Positions 48,832-58,029 of a DNA stretch of 64,000 bases are shown here, one piece after another (positions within the stretch are counted from its first letter, which is position 1; every line of letters begins with the position of its first letter). The translations under genes were made by a program, and so were the position numbers. This DNA is from Candidatus Binataceae bacterium (GTDB taxonomy: Bacteria; Desulfobacterota; Binatia; Binatales; Binataceae): contig JASHPB010000273.1 of NCBI GenBank assembly GCA_030038355.1, forward strand, positions 5,183-69,182, given 5' to 3'. Below the pieces are notes generated by a model, which searched no databases, had not been told where the DNA came from, and saw only the letters and a list, made by a program, of their open reading frames with translations.

Positions 48832-50670
48832 CTACGAATTTTGCGCCGACGATTCGGGCTCGAGCGGAGAACGGCGTGCCGCCACCAAGCGCGCGATAAC
48901 GGCGGCTAGTTCCGCCGGATCGACGGGTTTGATCACGTGGCTATCGAATCCTGACGTGAAGATTTTGACTTTGTCTTCCACTCGGCCGTACGCGGTAAGT
49001 GCGACGATGGGAAGGTGCTCAGCGACGCCGTGCGAGCGCTCGTACTCGCGGACCTCATTGACCAGCGAGTAGCCATCGCGCCCCGGCATCTCGAGATCCG
49101 AGATCAGCACATCGGGCGCAGATTCAGTGATCGAGGCGATCGCTTCCTCCACGGTTTGGGCTTCCCTCACGCTCGCGCCCAACGACGCAAGCAGGGTGCC
49201 CAAGGCGTGCCGCGCTTCAGAATCGTCGTCCACGATGAGCGCGCCGATGTTGTCGAGTCGCGGAACCCGCGCGTTCAAAGTTATCGGCGTGACGGTCGGA
49301 TGCCGGCGATCAGTCGCGGCGAGATCTGCGGTGTTCACCGGAAGCGGCAATCGAATCACAAATGTACTTCCCTTACCCGGACCATCGCTATGCGCCGTGA
49401 CCCGCCCGCCATGAAGTTCGACGATGTGCTTCACGATTGAGAGGCCGAGGCCGAGACCACGGTCCGTGCGCGAGCCATTTTCACCCTGCCAGAAGCGATC
49501 GAAGACGTTCTCGAGGGAAGCCTTGTCGATTCCTTGCCCATCGTCGGCGACCGTGATTTCGATGTGCGAATTAATCCGTTCAAGCCGCACCTCGACCTTG
49601 CCATTCTTCGGCGTGAACTTGATCGAGTTCGACAGCAGGTTCCAAACCGCCTGCTGAAGGCGCTCGGAGTCGCCCAGCACGAGGACGCCGCTTGGGTCAG
49701 CCACGACCCTCAGCGTGATACCTTTGGCCTCGGCCGCGGGCGTCATATTCAGCGCAGCCGCGCGCACAGTTTCAGCGAGATTGATGGTCTGGATGTCGAG
49801 GCGCATCTGACCGCTCTCGATTCGCGAGACATCGATCAAATCGTCAATCAGTTGGGCTTGGGTCTTCGCCGCGCGCAAGATTGCCTGCAGTCCCTGCTTA
49901 GCTTTCCCCTCGAGAGCCCGGCCGGAATGCAGCACGTTGCACCACAACATGATCGAGTTGATAGGATTGCGGAGCTCGTGCGAAACGACCGCGAGGAAAT
50001 TCGTCTTTGCCTGGTTCGCTTCTTCTGCTGCCTTGAGCGCGTTGGCCAACGTACGGCTCGCAAGCTGTACTTCCCTGAGTGTCGCGAGCGCAAGGCCAAT
50101 CGCAAGTGCCAAAGCTGCGATCGGAATCGCCCAGAGCGCCACCTGATGGCCCGTCCTGAGGCGCGCAGTGCGCTTGACGCGGAGGACGCGTTCGGCATCG
50201 AGGACTTGCGCGAATTGATCATGGACTCGGCTACCGATCTGCGCGGCTCTTTGCGCTGATACACGGCCCGCGTCTGCCGAGGAATTCGAGAAGGCGATGT
50301 TGGCGGCCTCCCACCATTGGCTCTCGAGCCCGCCGAGCGTCAACAGGCGCTGCTCCTGGCGCGGATTGTCTGTTACCTCCGCCACCAATTGCCGCATCAG
50401 TCGCTGGCAATTGCTCCAATGTTGCCGCAACAGATCTTGAGCGCGCGGCTCAGATGAAATCATGAATGCGTCGAGCTTGTTCTGCATCGACAGGAACTCG
50501 TTGCGCGCATCTTGCGCGAGCAGCATTACCTTGTCGGTGTGCTCGACCCAATAGGCTTCGTAACTCTGCCGATTCAGTTCCCAAAGCAGACTCGCGGTCG
50601 CCGCCGCGACGAGGACCAATGGCACGGCGACGACTGTGCTGAGGCTAATCCCTAATCGATTCGCAGGCAT
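48832..50670 (-). CDS. CHASE3-type hybrid sensor histidine kinase/response regulator
   Basis: TM helix, then a periplasmic helical domain (WVEHTDKVMLLAQDARNEFLSMQN...), a second TM helix, H-box VVSHELRNPINSI, HATPase (NLLSNSIKFTP, DDGQGI, GLGLGLSIV), and receiver (LIVDDD, ISDLEMPGRDG, IKPV). I prefer ATG 50670. Confidence 0.88.
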   Translation of the reverse strand: MPANRLGISLSTVVAVPLVLVAAATASLLWELNRQSYEAYWVEHTDKVMLLAQDARNEFLSMQNKLDAFMISSEPRAQDLLRQHWSNCQRLMRQLVAEVTDNPRQEQRLLTLGGLESQWWEAANIAFSNSSADAGRVSAQRAAQIGSRVHDQFAQVLDAERVLRVKRTARLRTGHQVALWAIPIAALALAIGLALATLREVQLASRTLANALKAAEEANQAKTNFLAVVSHELRNPINSIMLWCNVLHSGRALEGKAKQGLQAILRAAKTQAQLIDDLIDVSRIESGQMRLDIQTINLAETVRAAALNMTPAAEAKGITLRVVADPSGVLVLGDSERLQQAVWNLLSNSIKFTPKNGKVEVRLERINSHIEITVADDGQGIDKASLENVFDRFWQGENGSRTDRGLGLGLSIVKHIVELHGGRVTAHSDGPGKGSTFVIRLPLPVNTADLAATDRRHPTVTPITLNARVPRLDNIGALIVDDDSEARHALGTLLASLGASVREAQTVEEAIASITESAPDVLISDLEMPGRDGYSLVNEVREYERSHGVAEHLPIVALTAYGRVEDKVKIFTSGFDSHVIKPVDPAELAAVIARLVAARRSPLEPESSAQNS

Positions 50671-50915
50671 ACCCGATGAGGAAGAGATAAATATAGCCGA
50701 TCCAGAGCATAAGGTAGCAATATCCGTCGATTGCCGTGCGCACTTCGTTTCAAAACTCCAACGGTGATCGAAGTCCAACTCGAGCATCACTACATGAAGT
50801 TCTGATTAGCGCCGATTCACGCCTGATTGCTTGATTGCGCGGCGCTTCAGACGGAGCGTTGCCCGCTCGAAAGTGGCGCGGGTTTTGCGTCGCAAGCTCT
50901 CAGGATGGTCGTGCG

Positions 50916-51369
50916 ATGAACCGACTCGAAGTCCTCGATCGGCTTTTTATCACTTGTGCGACAGCGTCGAGCGTTATCGGCGCGCTGCCGCCGATGTCAG
51001 CGAGGAGAAATTCGTCCAATTCTTCAAGCGGCAAGAGACGGCGCGCAGATTTCACGCGGACCAGCTGAACGATCAGCGCAAGGCTCTGGGAGGCTCAGCC
51101 GAGAAGTCAGGACACGAGAGTGGCAGCCTCGGCGGATTCATCGATCGGATCGCTATGGATTTGAACGTCGTTATCAGCATGGGGGACTCCGGTGTGATCG
51201 ACTGGTGCCGCGACGATGCCGGCGATGTAATCACCAAGTACGGCAAGCATTGAAAGAAAGATACCCGGATACAACCCGCGTCAAACTCGAGCATCAGCTC
51301 GAGCAGAACAGGAGTACACTTGCTGCCCTCGAGCAAGTACTGAACTCATACGGCGGATCCCGATCATAG
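50916..51369 (+). pseudogene. PA2169/DUF2383-like four-helix-bundle protein with two -1 frameshifts
   Basis: MNRLEVLDRLF (first frame), then DSVERYRRAAADVSEEKFVQFFKRQETARRFHADQLNDQRKALGG...DDAGDVITKYGK (second frame), then ALKERYPDTTRVKLEHQLEQNRSTLAALEQVL (third frame). The first junction is at the T5 run at about 50945 and the second at about 51248. Confidence 0.55.
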
Positions 51370-51430
51370 CCCGCCCTGCAAATCAGCGATCCGAGCGCGT
51401 GTCGCAGATTGGGTCGTGAAGCCGGGTATG

Positions 51431-51467
51431 CAAAAGCGCCCGCGTGTGATTATCACACGCCGGCGCT
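51431..51467 (-). terminator. Rho-independent terminator downstream of the small lipoprotein gene
   Basis: AGCGCCCGCGTGTGA-tta-TCACACGCCGGCGCT (15-bp stem, one mismatch). On the minus strand it is followed by TTTTGC. Confidence 0.6.
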
Positions 51468-51490
51468 TGGCCGATGGTCAGCCGTCAATT

Positions 51491-51715
51491 CTAGTGGTTT
51501 GGCAAGGTGATAGTTGTGGTCGAGCGTTCGTGTGTGACCTCTGGCCCGTCCGTCGTGGTGGTCGTCGTAGTGCTGCTGGTTGACGCCGGCGGATTTACTT
51601 CCAAGGTCGCAGGTGCCGGCGTTTCAGTGGTGGTGTGTTTGTACTCGATGCATCCCGTCGCCAGAAAAAACGACATCAACGCAAAGCTTTCGATTAAAAG
51701 TCGCGTCTTGCTCAT
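51491..51715 (-). CDS. Small Thr-rich lipoprotein
   Basis: 74 aa. Signal peptide with lipobox LATGC, and a TSSTTTTTTTD run. GGGGAAG lies upstream of the ATG, and a terminator follows. Confidence 0.55.
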   Translation of the reverse strand: MSKTRLLIESFALMSFFLATGCIEYKHTTTETPAPATLEVNPPASTSSTTTTTTTDGPEVTHERSTTTITLPNH

Positions 51716-51936
51716 AATAGTCTTCCCCGCATTGCTGATAGGCGGAGCCTACGAACTTGAGCACTCGATACCGTGTAAACGCATCGACCGTGCCATTCAC
51801 AAAAGGCGCGAATCAAATCAAACTTCGGACTTTGCGCGCTGAATTAGGCGCGTACGATGGCTTTCGAGTGAATCCGGAAATTCCTACCGGGGTCCCAGAC
51901 AGCGTGAAGATTATTCGGACTGATAAGATGGGTCGG

Positions 51937-52515
51937 TCAGGTACGGCGCGCGGCTAACGGTCTCGGTCCGATGAAATTGCCGCTTGCGGCAGTTACATCA
52001 CTCAGCCTCACGATTGCAGAAGTCAACGCTCTGAGATCCTGCTTCGCGTTCTCACTGATCGCGCCGCCAACGAAATCGCTCGATGTGAGATAGACGCTAG
52101 TCGGGACCGCGAGCGCGCCAAACCAAGCCAGTATGTCGCGCAGATGCCAATCCGCGCCAAGGAAGTGATGATTGGTCGCGCCCATGGCGATGATTCCGAC
52201 GGGCTTGCCCACGAGGGCCTCAATCGGCAGGTGGTCGAGCAGGTTCTTCAATGCGCCCGTGAATGATCCGCGGTAGACCGGCGTCGCCAGGATTACACCG
52301 CTCGCATCGATCGCGGCTTGCACGATCGCGGCCGTGTCGTCGTGGTACTGCTCGGGCGGCCGGCCGTCGGCAAATGCTACGCGCTGCTCGCCAAGATTGA
52401 TGAGCTGAGTCTCGAGGCCCGCGTGTTCCGCGCGCGCGTCGTCGAGCATCCACTTCACTGCGCTCAGCAAGCGGCCAGGCGGCGTTACACTTCCCAGGAT
52501 TGCGACGAGCTTCAT
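51937..52515 (-). CDS. NAD(P)H-dependent FMN reductase (SsuE/MsuE-like)
   Basis: MKLVAILGS..PPGR, ILATPVYRGSFTGALKNLLD. I prefer ATG 52515. It begins 9 nt downstream of the monooxygenase stop. Confidence 0.8.
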   Translation of the reverse strand: MKLVAILGSVTPPGRLLSAVKWMLDDARAEHAGLETQLINLGEQRVAFADGRPPEQYHDDTAAIVQAAIDASGVILATPVYRGSFTGALKNLLDHLPIEALVGKPVGIIAMGATNHHFLGADWHLRDILAWFGALAVPTSVYLTSSDFVGGAISENAKQDLRALTSAIVRLSDVTAASGNFIGPRPLAARRT

Positions 52516-52523
52516 TCGAGTCG

Positions 52524-53627
52524 CTACTGAGTGGCGCGCCGCGCCGCGGCGCCGCACGACTCGCGGCGGGCAATTTCGCGCCGCACGATCGGAATCAGCT
52601 CGTGACCATAGTCGATGGCATCTTCGAGTGGATCGAAGCCACGGATCAAAAACGTCGTGACGCCGAGCTCGTGGTACGCGATCATCGATTCGGCCACCTG
52701 CTCCGGCGTGCCGACCAGTGCCGTCGTGTTGCCGCGTGCGCCAGTAGCGGCGGCAACCGCTGTCCAGAGGCGCTTGTCGAGCACGTCGCCCTCGGCAGCT
52801 GCCGCGAGCAGTCGCTGCGATCCCACATTCTGAGGCGCCTTGTTCGGCGCCCCGAGCATCGCCTCGCCGCGGATCTGACGGACCCGTTCGATGATGCGCC
52901 TGGCTCGAGTCCAGGCCGCTTGTTCCGTGCCGGCAAGAATCGGTCGCGTCGAAAGGCTGAATCGAACGGTGCGGTCATGACGAGCCGCTGACGCGCGCAC
53001 GCGCGCGATCGTTTTCGCCGCCTCGGCGAGTGGCTCGCCCCAGAGCGCGTATACGTCGGCGTGCTTGCCTGCGATCTCGATCGCCGCGTCAGACGAGCCG
53101 CCAAAGTAGATTGGGATGTGCGGTTTCTGGACGCATTTCACGTCGGAATATGAACGGCGAAATCTGTAGAAGCGGCCCTCATGGTCGACAGGCTTCTTTG
53201 CCGTCCAGATCGAGCGCAGGATCTCGACGTATTCGTCGGTGCGCGTGTAGCGATCGTCGTGGCCAACGAAGTCGCCATCCTTGCCCTGGTCGGCATCATC
53301 GCCGCCAGAGATGATATGCACCGCGAGGCGGCCGTTGCTGAACTGATCGAGCGTTGCGAGCTTACGCGCGGCGAGCGTGGGCGCGACGAAACCCGGCCGA
53401 TGCGCCAGCATCAGGCCGAGCCGCTGCGTGACGAAAGCCGCGTACGACGCGACCACAAATCCGTCGGCGCCGTTCGAGAAGTAGCCAATCAGGATGCGGT
53501 CGAAGTTGGCCTCCTCGTGCGCCTGGCAGAAGCTGCGCACGTAGTCGATGTCGACCGCGGGGCCGTGCGGTGGATGAATCTCCGACGCCGCCTGCGTTCC
53601 GATCATTCCAATGAATTCGACGCCCAT
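52524..53627 (-). CDS. LLM-class flavin-dependent monooxygenase (SsuD/SfnG-like)
   Basis: FDRILIGY, LDQFSNGRLAVHIISGG, RYTRTDEYVEILRSIW, IPIYFGGSS, GTPEQVAESM. I prefer ATG 53627. Confidence 0.85.
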   Translation of the reverse strand: MGVEFIGMIGTQAASEIHPPHGPAVDIDYVRSFCQAHEEANFDRILIGYFSNGADGFVVASYAAFVTQRLGLMLAHRPGFVAPTLAARKLATLDQFSNGRLAVHIISGGDDADQGKDGDFVGHDDRYTRTDEYVEILRSIWTAKKPVDHEGRFYRFRRSYSDVKCVQKPHIPIYFGGSSDAAIEIAGKHADVYALWGEPLAEAAKTIARVRASAARHDRTVRFSLSTRPILAGTEQAAWTRARRIIERVRQIRGEAMLGAPNKAPQNVGSQRLLAAAAEGDVLDKRLWTAVAAATGARGNTTALVGTPEQVAESMIAYHELGVTTFLIRGFDPLEDAIDYGHELIPIVRREIARRESCGAAARRATQ

Positions 53628-53640
53628 GAACCTTGCAGTC

Positions 53641-54570
53641 TTACGAACCTGCCGCAGCTGCGGCAACTCTTTCATTCGACTCTTTCCGGCGCATCACGCT
53701 GCGCCGTCCATCGACGCTTACCGGCACGTCGCCCGCGACGGTGACGCGTCGATGGAGCCGCGGCTGCGTGCCAAAGTCATCGATCGCGCGATGTTGTGTC
53801 GCGCGGTTATCCCAGATCGCTACATCGCCCACCGCCCATCGCCAGCGGACAGTGTTCTCCGGCCGCGTCACGTATTCCTGGAGCATCGTGAAGATATGCC
53901 CGAAGTCGGCGCGCGGCAGATCGACGAAGCCGCGGACGAACGCGCCGAGCACGATCGTGCGCTCTCCCGTCTCCGGATGAATTCGCACGACGGGATGCTC
54001 GGTCTCGTAAACCGTCGAAGAGAACACGTCGAAGTAGCGGCGCATATGCTCGCCGGCTGCCGCGCGCGGCCTCGGCACCGAATAATCGAACGCGTTGCTA
54101 TGCACGGCCCAGAGGTCGTTGGCGAGGTCCTTGATTTTTCCCGGCAGCGACTGATACGCGTGCGCGGTGTTCGCCCACATCGTGTCGCCACCGTACTCGG
54201 GCACCACGAGCGCGCGCAGAATCGACGCCTGCGGGTACGCCTCGATGAACGTAATGTCCGTGTGCCACGCGCTCGCGCGATTGCCGCGGCCGCCGTCGAT
54301 GTTCATTACGGACTCGGTGCCTGCGACGGTCGGCACCGTGGGATGCGCAACGAGGTCGCCGAGCAGCCGCCCGAACGCCTCGTGGCTCTGCTCGTCGAGA
54401 TGCTGCTGCCCGCGGAAGAAGATCACCTTGTGCGCGAAGAGGGCCTCGCGGATCGCGCGCGCCGTCGCGGCATCGAGGTCGCCGGACAATTTCACACCTG
54501 CGATTTCGGCGCCGATATGACCCGCGACGCGTCGCACTTCCAACTTGGACTGACTGCCGATTTCGCTCAT
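53641..54570 (-). CDS. TauD/TfdA-family Fe(II)/2-oxoglutarate dioxygenase
   Basis: 309 aa with WHTDITF (His-x-Asp), GGDTMWAN, HPVVRIHPETGE, and WDNRATQHRA. Confidence 0.88.
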   Translation of the reverse strand: MSEIGSQSKLEVRRVAGHIGAEIAGVKLSGDLDAATARAIREALFAHKVIFFRGQQHLDEQSHEAFGRLLGDLVAHPTVPTVAGTESVMNIDGGRGNRASAWHTDITFIEAYPQASILRALVVPEYGGDTMWANTAHAYQSLPGKIKDLANDLWAVHSNAFDYSVPRPRAAAGEHMRRYFDVFSSTVYETEHPVVRIHPETGERTIVLGAFVRGFVDLPRADFGHIFTMLQEYVTRPENTVRWRWAVGDVAIWDNRATQHRAIDDFGTQPRLHRRVTVAGDVPVSVDGRRSVMRRKESNERVAAAAAGS

Positions 54571-54643
54571 CTGTTGAACCTCTCGAACCTTGGTACGCTC
54601 AGAGTTTAGGAAAGTTTCTGATGATGTACAAAGTCGACATGAC

Positions 54644-55567
54644 TCAGGCCCCGCCCAGTGCGAAGGCCTTGATTAGATGATGCGCAATTGCGATGGGCGG
54701 TGGCACCCGAATTCCGTCAACCGCTGTGCCTTCGATCAACGCGCGCGCCGCGCTCCGCGCGATCCATCGCACCTCGGCGAGCTCGGTGTCATCAGCTTTG
54801 ACCTCCCGGTTTATCGCGTCGGCGAAGCAGCCTATCATCAGCGACGAGGGAAATGGCCACGGCTGCGTCGCGTAGTAGCGCACCGCGCCGACCTTGACCG
54901 ACGCTTCCTCCATCAACTCGCGTCGCACCGCCTCCTCAATCGTCTCACCGGGTTCGATAAAGCCGGCGAGTGCCGAGAACATCCCTTGCGGAAACAGCTT
55001 GCCGCGTCCAACGAGGCACGCCTCGCCGTGTATCGCGAGCATGATCACGACTGGATCGACACGCGGGAAGTGTTCGGAATTGCACTTGTCGCATAGCCGC
55101 CGATATCCCGCGTCCATCAGCTTGGTTGGCGCGCCGCATTTCGGGCAGAAGCCGTGCCGCTGATGCCAGTCGATGATCGCCTTGGCCTGCGCGATGATGG
55201 CGGCATCCTTCAGGGTGACCATCTGGGCTGCGACGCGCGCATCGCGGAAGTATCCAAGCCCGGCCAGCGGTCCCTCGTTGGCGGGATCCTTGGCCGCAGT
55301 TACATCCTGCGCGAAGATTGCCACATCATCGTCGAGCCCCAGAAAGACAGACGGCGCTTCCGGTTGCGTGAGCGGATCGATTACTTCAGGGCGCACGAGG
55401 CCGAGCGCCACGGGAGGGTCGGCTATCTCCGAGCCGAGCAGCAGCGGCTGCAGTTGCCACAACGGCAGGATGAGCGACGATGAGTGGCGGCGCTTCGATG
55501 CGATCCAATTCTGATCGACGCGCTTTTCGCTCGCGCGATTCAAAGGACTACCCGAAAACGGAATCAT
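54644..55567 (-). CDS. nudC: NAD(+) diphosphatase (NADH pyrophosphatase), Nudix family
   Basis: Zinc ribbon CPKCGAPT...CDKCNSEHFPR, Nudix box GFIEPGETIEEAVRRELMEEASV, and downstream QPWPFPSSLM, characteristic of NudC. Confidence 0.82.
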   Translation of the reverse strand: MIPFSGSPLNRASEKRVDQNWIASKRRHSSSLILPLWQLQPLLLGSEIADPPVALGLVRPEVIDPLTQPEAPSVFLGLDDDVAIFAQDVTAAKDPANEGPLAGLGYFRDARVAAQMVTLKDAAIIAQAKAIIDWHQRHGFCPKCGAPTKLMDAGYRRLCDKCNSEHFPRVDPVVIMLAIHGEACLVGRGKLFPQGMFSALAGFIEPGETIEEAVRRELMEEASVKVGAVRYYATQPWPFPSSLMIGCFADAINREVKADDTELAEVRWIARSAARALIEGTAVDGIRVPPPIAIAHHLIKAFALGGA

Positions 55568-55672
55568 CAGCTTCTCCGCGAACGGCCTCGCGATGCGGCG
55601 ACCGAACCCCTACAACCTAGGCCATTCGGCGTAAGGATTGCACGCCCAGACGATACCGTCGCCGCCACTCGT

Positions 55673-56701
55673 TCACCTCGCGAAGTGCGGCATCACTTCC
55701 GAGGCGAACAAATCGAGCGAGCGGCGCGACTGCTCGTGCGTGAGGCAGCCCCATGCGAACGACAGCACCAGATAATGGGTGCCGCTCTCCTCGAAGTAGG
55801 CCGCTATCTTCTCGCGCACGGTTTCCGACGAGCCGACGATCGCCGCGTCTCCCCCGCGCGCGCGCTGCAGATCGTCGGTGAACAATGTTGGGATCGTGCC
55901 GAAATCGCGCCACAGCTTGACGATATTGTTGTAGTAGACGCGATACGCGGGAATCGCGATCTCCTCGGCTTCCTTGTCGGAGTCGGCAACGAAGAAGTGT
56001 CGCACCGCGCCGATCTTCGGATGCCGGAGATGCGGATTCAAATCGTCTGGATGATCGCGATACCTTTCGAGCAGGCCGCGATATGCCTCCGCCGTTCCCT
56101 TAACGACCTTGTTCGGGCCGCCGGTCACGATCTGCATCCGATGGCGTGCGGCGAAATTGAGTCCCTCGGGCGTCGAAGCGCCGTACCAGAACGGTGGATT
56201 CGGATGCTGCTTCGGCGCGAGTTCGATCGGGGTGCTGTTGAAGCGGTGGTATTCGCCGTGATGCGTAATCTTGCGCTCGCGGAGTCCCTTAACGATCACC
56301 TTTAGCGAATCTTCGAAAATCGCGCGCGACTCGAGGAAATTCACGTTCATGTGCGCGAGTTCGTACGGTGAAACGCCGCGTCCGACGCCGATCTCCAGCC
56401 GCCCGCCGCTCAAATTGTCGAGCATGCAAATCTCCTCGACTAGGCGCACTGGATGGTAGAGCGGCAGGAGATAGACCAGCGGACCCATGTGAATCCGCTT
56501 GGTGCGCATCGCGACCGCGGCGAGAAACAGGTTCGGCGACGGGCCCATCCCGAGCGGCGTCGAGTGGTGCTCCGCGATGTGGTAGCAGAAGAATCCCGCG
56601 CGGTCTGCCGCCTCGAGTAGTTGCAGGCGTTCCTCGTACTCTTGATCGAGCGGAACATCGCGGCGCTCCAGATGATCGAAGATTCCGAATGCGACTTGCA
56701 T
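55673..56701 (-). CDS. LLM-class flavin-dependent oxidoreductase
   Basis: 342 aa with YHIAEHH, LDNLSGGRLEIGVGRG. Confidence 0.88.
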   Translation of the reverse strand: MQVAFGIFDHLERRDVPLDQEYEERLQLLEAADRAGFFCYHIAEHHSTPLGMGPSPNLFLAAVAMRTKRIHMGPLVYLLPLYHPVRLVEEICMLDNLSGGRLEIGVGRGVSPYELAHMNVNFLESRAIFEDSLKVIVKGLRERKITHHGEYHRFNSTPIELAPKQHPNPPFWYGASTPEGLNFAARHRMQIVTGGPNKVVKGTAEAYRGLLERYRDHPDDLNPHLRHPKIGAVRHFFVADSDKEAEEIAIPAYRVYYNNIVKLWRDFGTIPTLFTDDLQRARGGDAAIVGSSETVREKIAAYFEESGTHYLVLSFAWGCLTHEQSRRSLDLFASEVMPHFAR

Positions 56702-56844
56702 GGCGGGCCTCCTGCGAGCTCGATCGCACCTGAGAGACGATCATGGCCTGTAACTAGCGCGGCGCGCGTTGCAACACCAAGGGTCGCGGCGCGCGAGGTT
56801 TGCCGCTTTAGTTGACCTCAAGCTCCGCCGAAGGGGAAAGGGCG

Positions 56845-58022
56845 ATGGCATACGCACCAGCAAGCCGACCGTTCTACGACGCCGACAGCCACATCATGGA
56901 GCTGCCGGACTTCCTTCAGAAGTAGGCCGATCCTGCGCTCGGCGCGGAGATTCCAGCGGTGAGCTACGCCGCGTCGATTGTAACCGACGAGGAAGTCGCC
57001 GAAATCATGGCGCGCGGCGGACGCCACAGCGAAGAACATCTGGCGGAGCTGATCGGGCACGGCGACTATCTGATCGAGCGCGTGAAGGAGATTCACGCGC
57101 TCGGCGCATTCGACGGCGAGGAACACTCGAAGACTCTTGACATGCTCGGCTTCAAGAAGTAACTCGTGTTCGCGACGCAGAGCGTGGCGATGCCGTTTTC
57201 GCCCAGCTCGAAACTTGACCCTGAGATGCGCCACGCCGCGGTCCGCGCGCACAACCGCCACGTGATCGATTTTTGCTCGCATGACGATCGCCCGATGGGC
57301 GTGGCGATCGTGCCACTCGATGATCCCGAATACGCCCTCACGGAACTCGACTTCGTGCTCGCGTCCAAGCTGAAGGCTGTATGGATTGCGCATCGCCCAT
57401 GCGGCGACTGTTCGCCGGGCCACGTCGAGTTCGATCCGTTGTGGGTGCGACTCGAGGAATCAGGCACTCCCTTCGCGCTGCATCTCGGCGGCTCTCCGCT
57501 TCAGCTCGCGAAGGCGTAGGCCAACAACGGCCGTGCGCCGACCAAGGATTGGATGGCCGGCGGCGAGAATCTCCGCACTAAGGATGTGGCCGTGCTGCAC
57601 CAGGGGCCGGAGACTTTCATCTCGATGATGATGATCGACGGCGCGTCCGAGCGCTTTGCGCAACTCCGCGGTGCGTGCGTCGAGCTGGCCGTGGGATGGG
57701 TGCCTTCGATGCTGGTGCGGCTCGATTGCGTGCTAAAAGCATTAGAACAAAACCGATACGAATCTTAGGAGCTCCGCACGACAGCCGTCGGAGCAACTCG
57801 TGCAACAGATGGCGTTCACGCCGTTCGTGTTCGAGGCGGTCGGCGACCTGATCGATCAATCAACGGACGAACTGTACCTATTCTCGACCGACTATCACCG
57901 AGGGCGGGCGAAATCCAATCGCGCGCTTCGAAACGGCGCTCGGCGATCGATCGGAGCCGGTGCGCGATCGTTTCTACGCGGAGAACTTCCTGCGCATCTT
58001 TCCCGACGCGCGTGCGGCGTAG
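56845..58022 (+). pseudogene. Amidohydrolase-2 family gene with three in-frame stops and two frameshifts
   Basis: A single frame from ATG 56845 reads MAYAPASRPFYDADSHIMELPDFLQK*ADPA... (TAG 56923-25), then ...LDMLGFKK*LVFATQS... (TAA 57160-62), then ...LHLGGSPLQLAKA*ANNG (TAG 57517-19). After that there are shifts near 57740-57790 and 57896-57903 to reach ...QQMAFTPFVFEAVGDLIDQSTDELYLFSTDYH and EGGRNPIARFETALGDRSEPVRDRFYAENFLRIFPDARAA*. Confidence 0.8.
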
Positions 58023-58029
58023 TCTCGCG

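Noticed and set aside
53611-54609. 332-aa plus-strand ORF
   Set aside because: It is antisense to the TauD-family gene, with no recognisable motifs.
56845-58022. Idea that recurrent in-frame TAGs (amidohydrolase, methyltransferase, DUF3309, OMT) reflect stop-codon recoding or suppression
   Set aside because: TAG terminates clearly intact genes here, for example the SDR at 10654-10656 and the FKBP at 10752-10754. The same loci also carry TAA/TGA stops, frameshifts and truncations. No extra tRNA with a CUA anticodon is present among the four tRNAs.
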